Source of the DNA: Nitrososphaeraceae archaeon
GTDB lineage: Archaea; Thermoproteota; Nitrososphaeria; Nitrososphaerales; Nitrososphaeraceae
Assembly: GCA_036258455.1 (NCBI GenBank)
Contig: DATADQ010000159.1
Coordinates: 1-42,265, forward strand
Length of the DNA stretch: 42,265 nt
Reading direction: 5' to 3'
Both the position numbers and the translations under genes were made by a program. The notes beneath the pieces were generated by a model. It saw only the letters and a list, made by a program, of their open reading frames with translations. It ran no database searches and had not been told where the DNA came from. This document shows, piece after piece, positions 37,758 through 42,265 of the stretch; position 1 is the first letter of the stretch, and each line of letters opens with the position of its first letter.

Positions 37758-39171
37758 TGAAAGTCTTGTCAGATCAGTAGTTAAAAAGGTATCAGCTTAT
37801 ATTCCTCAAGTTGAGAAACCTAAAAAGAAAATTGGACTAAGTGAGAAATTCATTTGGTGTGGAATAGCACTTTTTGCCTATCTTGTTATGGGTCAAATTC
37901 CGCTATATGGAGTTACAGACGCGCCACAGTTCGATTTCTTGGCATTTGCTAGGGTCATATTTGCAGCCCAACAAGGAACACTACTAGAATTAGGTATAGG
38001 ACCAATCGTTACTGCTGGTTTGTTAATGCAGTTGTTAAAGGGTTCAGAGTTGATAAAATTAAATTTCAAAGATCCAGATGATCGATCTCTCTTTACCTCT
38101 GCAACAAAGATAGTTACTATTATCGTCATAATTGCAGAAGGATCTTTGTACGGTTTTAGCGTATACGGTGGCCTCCTTGCCCATCCAAGTTTTATTCCTA
38201 TTTTAATTGCACAACTTATCGGAGCGAGTATTGTTGTAATGTACCTCGATGAAACAATTCAAAAAGGATGGGGTCTTGGTTCCGGCATAAGTCTGTTTAT
38301 AATGGCAGGTGTGGCCCAGGCAATTATGTGGAGTGTTTTTAGTCCGGTACCTGCTCAGGACGGACCAGTAGGAATAATTCCGTACATAATAGATTCCGCA
38401 ATGAATGGGGACTTGTCAAGTGCATTGTTTAGAAGTGGTCAGCTGCCAAGTATTTTTGGTCTAATAGTTACTTCATTGGTTCTGTTAGCTCTTGTATATG
38501 TCCAGGGTATCCATGTGGATATCCCAATAGTATCTACGAAGTATCGAGGCTTTACAGCTGTGTATCCAATAAAGTTACTGTACACATCTAACATTCCTGT
38601 TATTTTAGCGTCAGCATTATTGGCAAACGCCATTTTTATTGGTCAAATGCTATGGGCAAACTATAATCCTGAAAATGCAAATCCAATGTTTAACTATATT
38701 GCTCAATTTGATCCTCAAAGCTCGCAGTCTCCTACTGGAGGTGTTTTGTATTATACTACTGCTCCCACTTCCTTCGAAAATGCTCTTCAAGACCCGGTCA
38801 GAACGGTGGCATATATCATATTTTTGACTGGTATTGTTACCGTATTTGGACGTTTATGGGTTGAACTAGGTGGTTTATCTCCAAAATCAGCAGCAAAGAA
38901 TTTATTGGATGCTGATGTGCAGGTTCCGGGCTTCAGACGAACTCAAAGTTCTGTTCAGACTTTGTTGAATAAGTACATACCAGCTGTGACTATAGCAGGT
39001 GGGATAATAATAGGGCTATTGGCATCCGTTTCAAATGTACTCAACGTATTTGGCACTGGAATTGGGATATTGCTTATGGTAGATATATTGGTCAATTATT
39101 ATAACCTACTTATCCGTGAACAAGTAGATATCCATATGCCTAAATTGGCGGCACTCCTTGGAAGAACCTAG
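37741..39171 (+). CDS. secY: Preprotein translocase subunit SecY
   Basis: ELGIGPIVTA, GLGSGISLFI, YPIKLLYTSNIP, VPGFR, GTGIGILL. Confidence 0.98.
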   Translation: MSTVHDESLVRSVVKKVSAYIPQVEKPKKKIGLSEKFIWCGIALFAYLVMGQIPLYGVTDAPQFDFLAFARVIFAAQQGTLLELGIGPIVTAGLLMQLLKGSELIKLNFKDPDDRSLFTSATKIVTIIVIIAEGSLYGFSVYGGLLAHPSFIPILIAQLIGASIVVMYLDETIQKGWGLGSGISLFIMAGVAQAIMWSVFSPVPAQDGPVGIIPYIIDSAMNGDLSSALFRSGQLPSIFGLIVTSLVLLALVYVQGIHVDIPIVSTKYRGFTAVYPIKLLYTSNIPVILASALLANAIFIGQMLWANYNPENANPMFNYIAQFDPQSSQSPTGGVLYYTTAPTSFENALQDPVRTVAYIIFLTGIVTVFGRLWVELGGLSPKSAAKNLLDADVQVPGFRRTQSSVQTLLNKYIPAVTIAGGIIIGLLASVSNVLNVFGTGIGILLMVDILVNYYNLLIREQVDIHMPKLAALLGRT

Positions 39172-39748
39172 AAAAAAAACAGTTATTATAGTTGGTGTTC
39201 CAGGCGTAGGAAAGAGTACAATCATTTCTAATGTTACAGAGACGTTCCAAAATATTGGAACGACTGTATGTACAGTGGTTTTTGGATCCGTTATGTTCAA
39301 AGAAGCAAAAAAATTAGGGATAAATGATAGAGACCAATTAAGAAAACTTTCGATAGATCTGCAGCAAAAATTACAAAACATGGCAGCTAATCATATTTCC
39401 AATCTGAAAGAATCAATAGTGATTGTTGATACCCATCTTTTTATTAAGACGCCATCGGGTTATTATCCTGGATTACCAATGAATTTGATTCTAAAATTAA
39501 ACCCTGACATATTGATCCTAATAACTGCAAATTCGGAAGAGATTCTAAGAAGAAGAGAAAATGACAATACTCGATCAAGAGATAAAATTTCTGATAACGA
39601 AATCAAAAGGGATATAGATGTATCTTTGTCCATGATTTCCTCACTTTCTATTTTGACCGGAGCGCCATTTGAGATTATTTATAATCATGACAACATGATA
39701 GATTCTGCTTCATCACTTATGGTCGAATTGTTGAAAAAATCTTCCTGA
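39158..39748 (+). CDS. adkA: Adenylate kinase (archaeal type)
   Basis: GVPGVGKST, RDQLRKL, DTH, GYYPGLP. Confidence 0.95.
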   Translation: MEEPRKKTVIIVGVPGVGKSTIISNVTETFQNIGTTVCTVVFGSVMFKEAKKLGINDRDQLRKLSIDLQQKLQNMAANHISNLKESIVIVDTHLFIKTPSGYYPGLPMNLILKLNPDILILITANSEEILRRRENDNTRSRDKISDNEIKRDIDVSLSMISSLSILTGAPFEIIYNHDNMIDSASSLMVELLKKSS

Positions 39749-39821
39749 TAGAAGAATTTCAAATTATGAGTCGCATACATATGAATATTGGATTGACAAT
39801 ATTACAGATTTAGGGAAAGAA

Positions 39822-40406
39822 TTGAAATTAAGTAATTTGCCGGTTATCAGTGTAGTTATATCCGGCAGTGCAGCTGTTGGCAAAACTACATTGGCACAGG
39901 CTCTTGCAAAGGAGTTCGGATTTAAGTTGTATAACGGAGGAGACATCTTAAAGGAAATAGCTCGCCAACAAGGATATGCAATATCAGGAAATGATTGGTG
40001 GGACTCTGATGAAGCAATTGGATTTATGAAAGAACGAAAAAAGAATCCTGTATTTGACAGACAAGTTGATGAAAAATTGATTAATATTGCAAAAAAAGGT
40101 AACGTTATTATTACTAGTCATACTCTTCCTTGGTTGGCTTCTGAACCAATTACTTTTTGGCTAAGTGCGTCTGAGCAGAAGAGGTCTGAAAGAATGTCAA
40201 AACGTGATAAAATCTCAATGGCAGAGGCTCTATGCATTGTAAAGATGAGAGATAATGAAAATAAGAAAATCTACAAGAAAATTTATGGCTCCGAATTTGG
40301 AGAAAGCCTTGAAGTATTTGATTTCATGATTAATACTGAACTTCTTACTCTCGATTCGCTGGTCTATTTGTGTAAGGAAATTATTAAAAAGATGAAAATT
40401 CAGTAG
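39822..40406 (+). CDS. cmk: Cytidylate kinase (archaeal type)
   Basis: ISGSAAVGKTT, FDRQVD, RSERMSKRD; typical position after adk. Confidence 0.9.
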   Translation: MKLSNLPVISVVISGSAAVGKTTLAQALAKEFGFKLYNGGDILKEIARQQGYAISGNDWWDSDEAIGFMKERKKNPVFDRQVDEKLINIAKKGNVIITSHTLPWLASEPITFWLSASEQKRSERMSKRDKISMAEALCIVKMRDNENKKIYKKIYGSEFGESLEVFDFMINTELLTLDSLVYLCKEIIKKMKIQ

Positions 40407-40422
40407 TAAGTAATGATATGCT

Positions 40423-41415
40423 ATGACATTAAAGCTTGATACCTTAGAGATCATAAATAATGATGTTACTAACAACAAGTATGGACATTACCCTAATAAT
40501 AGACCATTGGATGTTCTTTTGGACAATGGGATTATATTATTGGATAAACCATCAGGACCAACTAGCCATGAATTGGTTGCTTGGACAAAGAGAATCTTGG
40601 GAATTACTAAGGCAGGGCATAGCGGTACGCTTGATCCAGGCACTACCGGCCTCTTACCAATTGGATTGGGAGATGCGACCAAAGCGTTATCTGTGCTTTT
40701 GTTAGGACCGAAGGAATATTATGCTATTGCGAGAATTCATCAACAAAAACATCTAGTTCAAATTGATAATGTGCTTAGAGAATTTACGGGAGAGATTTAC
40801 CAAAGACCTCCTCAGAGATCATCTGTAAAAAGATCAACTCGTGTTAGAAGAATTTATGAAATACAAAGACTAGAAAGTGTAGATAACATCCTCCTCGTGC
40901 GAGTATTGTGTGAAGCGGGAACTTACATTCGAAAACTTGTTTATGACATCGGTGAGGTTCTTGGAACAGGAGCAACAATGTTTGAATTGAGGAGAACAAG
41001 AGTGAGTGTCTTTTCAGAGAGTGCTGGTAAATTAGTAAGGTTGCATGATTTGGTAGACGCTATAGAGACATATAAAGAGACAAAAGAAGAAGAAAAAATT
41101 CGCTCCATTATAAAACCAATTGAAATGGCCCTTGAAGGCGTTGTTTGTGTTGCCGTAAAAGATTCTGCTGTAGATGCACTTTGCCACGGCGCACAAGTGG
41201 CAATTCCAGGAATTGTCGCTATCGATAAGGATTTAAGAAAAGGAAATTTAGTTGGAATCTATACATTAAAAGGAGAAATTATTGCTCTGGGCGAGGCAAA
41301 TATGAATTCAGAAGAAATTAGGCAAAACGAGAAGGGGATAGCGTTCAATATCAAGAGATTGATTATGAAGCCTGATACTTATCCACGTGGTTGGAAGACA
41401 AATAAAAAGGAATAA
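40423..41415 (+). CDS. cbf5: H/ACA pseudouridine synthase Cbf5 (TruB family) with PUA domain
   Basis: DKPSGPTSH, GHSGTLDP, QRPPQRSSV, CEAGTYIRKL. Confidence 0.96.
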   Translation: MTLKLDTLEIINNDVTNNKYGHYPNNRPLDVLLDNGIILLDKPSGPTSHELVAWTKRILGITKAGHSGTLDPGTTGLLPIGLGDATKALSVLLLGPKEYYAIARIHQQKHLVQIDNVLREFTGEIYQRPPQRSSVKRSTRVRRIYEIQRLESVDNILLVRVLCEAGTYIRKLVYDIGEVLGTGATMFELRRTRVSVFSESAGKLVRLHDLVDAIETYKETKEEEKIRSIIKPIEMALEGVVCVAVKDSAVDALCHGAQVAIPGIVAIDKDLRKGNLVGIYTLKGEIIALGEANMNSEEIRQNEKGIAFNIKRLIMKPDTYPRGWKTNKKE

Positions 41416-41502
41416 AAAAAATTGAGTTTGTATTTTAATTTAATTCTTTGCTTCTAATTTTATTTGAGATTGATATTCTATCCAAACCTATCCAATTAAG
41501 GA

Positions 41503-42265
41503 TTATTCATCTTCGCCTTCATCTTCAGCATTATTATTCTCGTCTTCTGAGTCAGTAGCGTTTAGCATACTGGTAAGGTTGGTCGTATTGAGCAGTCCCT
41601 CAGGAGCCTGTGTGGCCGTTGCATTGGTAGCATTTGTAATTGCTTCCTCTTGTTCTTGTTCTTCTCCATCTTCAGCTTCTTCTTGTTCTTCTCCATCTTC
41701 AGCTTCTCCTTGTTCTTCTCCACTAGTAGCATTTGTAACATTAGTCGCTTCTCCTCCGTCTTCAGCTTCTTCCTGGTCTTCGGGTGCTGCCTCTGCGGCT
41801 GTTGCATTTGTAACATTAGTCGCTTCTCCTCCGTCTTCAGCTTCTTCCTGGTCTTCGGGTGCTGCCTCTGCGGCTGTTGCATTTGTAATATTAGAAATAG
41901 GTTCCCCTTCATCTAAAGCGTCTTCAGCAGTCTGATTTGTTGTGGACTCTGAGAAATTTCTAATTTCGTCAAGTTCTTCAGGAGAAGAAATATCTAGAAT
42001 AGTATCATTACCTTGACCCTCACCAGATATTATTTTATCCAGTATTGCAGGTGGAAGCAGACCTTCGCCAGTGCTATTTTTCAAATCATCATTAACATGT
42101 TCTATTATTTTTGTTGAGTTTGCAGGCAGTACTTCCAATATCTCAGTTCTATTTGTAATCGAAAGCGGTACACTGTCAGGATCTTTCGGTGGCATTTCAT
42201 CAGGCAATTCGTCGACTTTAGTTGCATTAGTAGGTACGGGCGGTGCTTCCCTTTCATCCTCTGGT
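41503..42265 (-). CDS. Acidic low-complexity, probably N-glycosylated surface protein; 5' end outside window
   Basis: Frame stays open to the window edge (PEDEREAPPVPTNATKVDELPDEMPP...); many N-x-S/T sequons; Glu/Asp/Ala-rich. Confidence 0.8.
   Translation of the reverse strand, partial: PEDEREAPPVPTNATKVDELPDEMPPKDPDSVPLSITNRTEILEVLPANSTKIIEHVNDDLKNSTGEGLLPPAILDKIISGEGQGNDTILDISSPEELDEIRNFSESTTNQTAEDALDEGEPISNITNATAAEAAPEDQEEAEDGGEATNVTNATAAEAAPEDQEEAEDGGEATNVTNATSGEEQGEAEDGEEQEEAEDGEEQEQEEAITNATNATATQAPEGLLNTTNLTSMLNATDSEDENNNAEDEGEDE
41655..41722. repeat. 27-bp intragenic tandem repeat (~2.5 copies; EEQEEAEDG)
   Basis: Unit CTTGTTCTTCTCCATCTTCAGCTTCT(T/C) starting at 41655, 41682 and 41709 (partial). 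Confidence 0.85.
41729..41888. repeat. 75-bp intragenic tandem repeat (2 identical copies plus partial)
   Basis: Unit starting GCATTTGTAACATTAGTCG at 41729 and 41804, partial at 41879; encodes NATAAEAAPEDQEEAEDGGEATNVT. Confidence 0.92.

Noticed and set aside
41655..41888. CRISPR-like array
   Set aside because: Repeats are contiguous in-frame coding units without unique spacers; no cas genes in the window.
41562..41935. Three alternative-frame ORFs over the repeat region
   Set aside because: By-products of low-complexity repeats in the acidic protein gene.

Overview
AT-rich archaeal chromosomal window. Gene content, frequent TTG/GTG starts and intron-containing tRNAs point to an ammonia-oxidising Nitrososphaerota (Thaumarchaeota), probably Nitrososphaeraceae; this is an inference. 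Most of the window is housekeeping: cca, thpR, rpl12/rpl10/rpl1, ychF, rpoP, pfdA, ftsY, argF/argH, sdhACDB, hisS, archease, trxA, aIF5B, ndk, rpl24e/rps28e/rpl7ae, a phosphohexomutase, purU, Lsm, rpl37e, mdh, larB and rpl18-rps5-rpl30-rpl15-secY-adk-cmk-cbf5. It also holds tRNA-Arg(TCT) with one intron and tRNA-Leu(TAG) with two. The standout accessory feature is a compact ~3.0 kb integrated element (2236-5231) inserted in an intergenic AT-rich site rather than a tRNA. It is bounded by a perfect 15-bp direct repeat plus subterminal inverted repeats that together rebuild a 56-bp imperfect palindrome on excision. It encodes a tyrosine recombinase interrupted by one in-frame TAG, a coiled-coil ORF, two paralogous zinc-ribbon proteins with a shared C-terminal motif, a 31-aa antisense CxxC-CxxC micro-protein missed by the ORF track, and a secreted RTX-type Ca-binding repeat protein.
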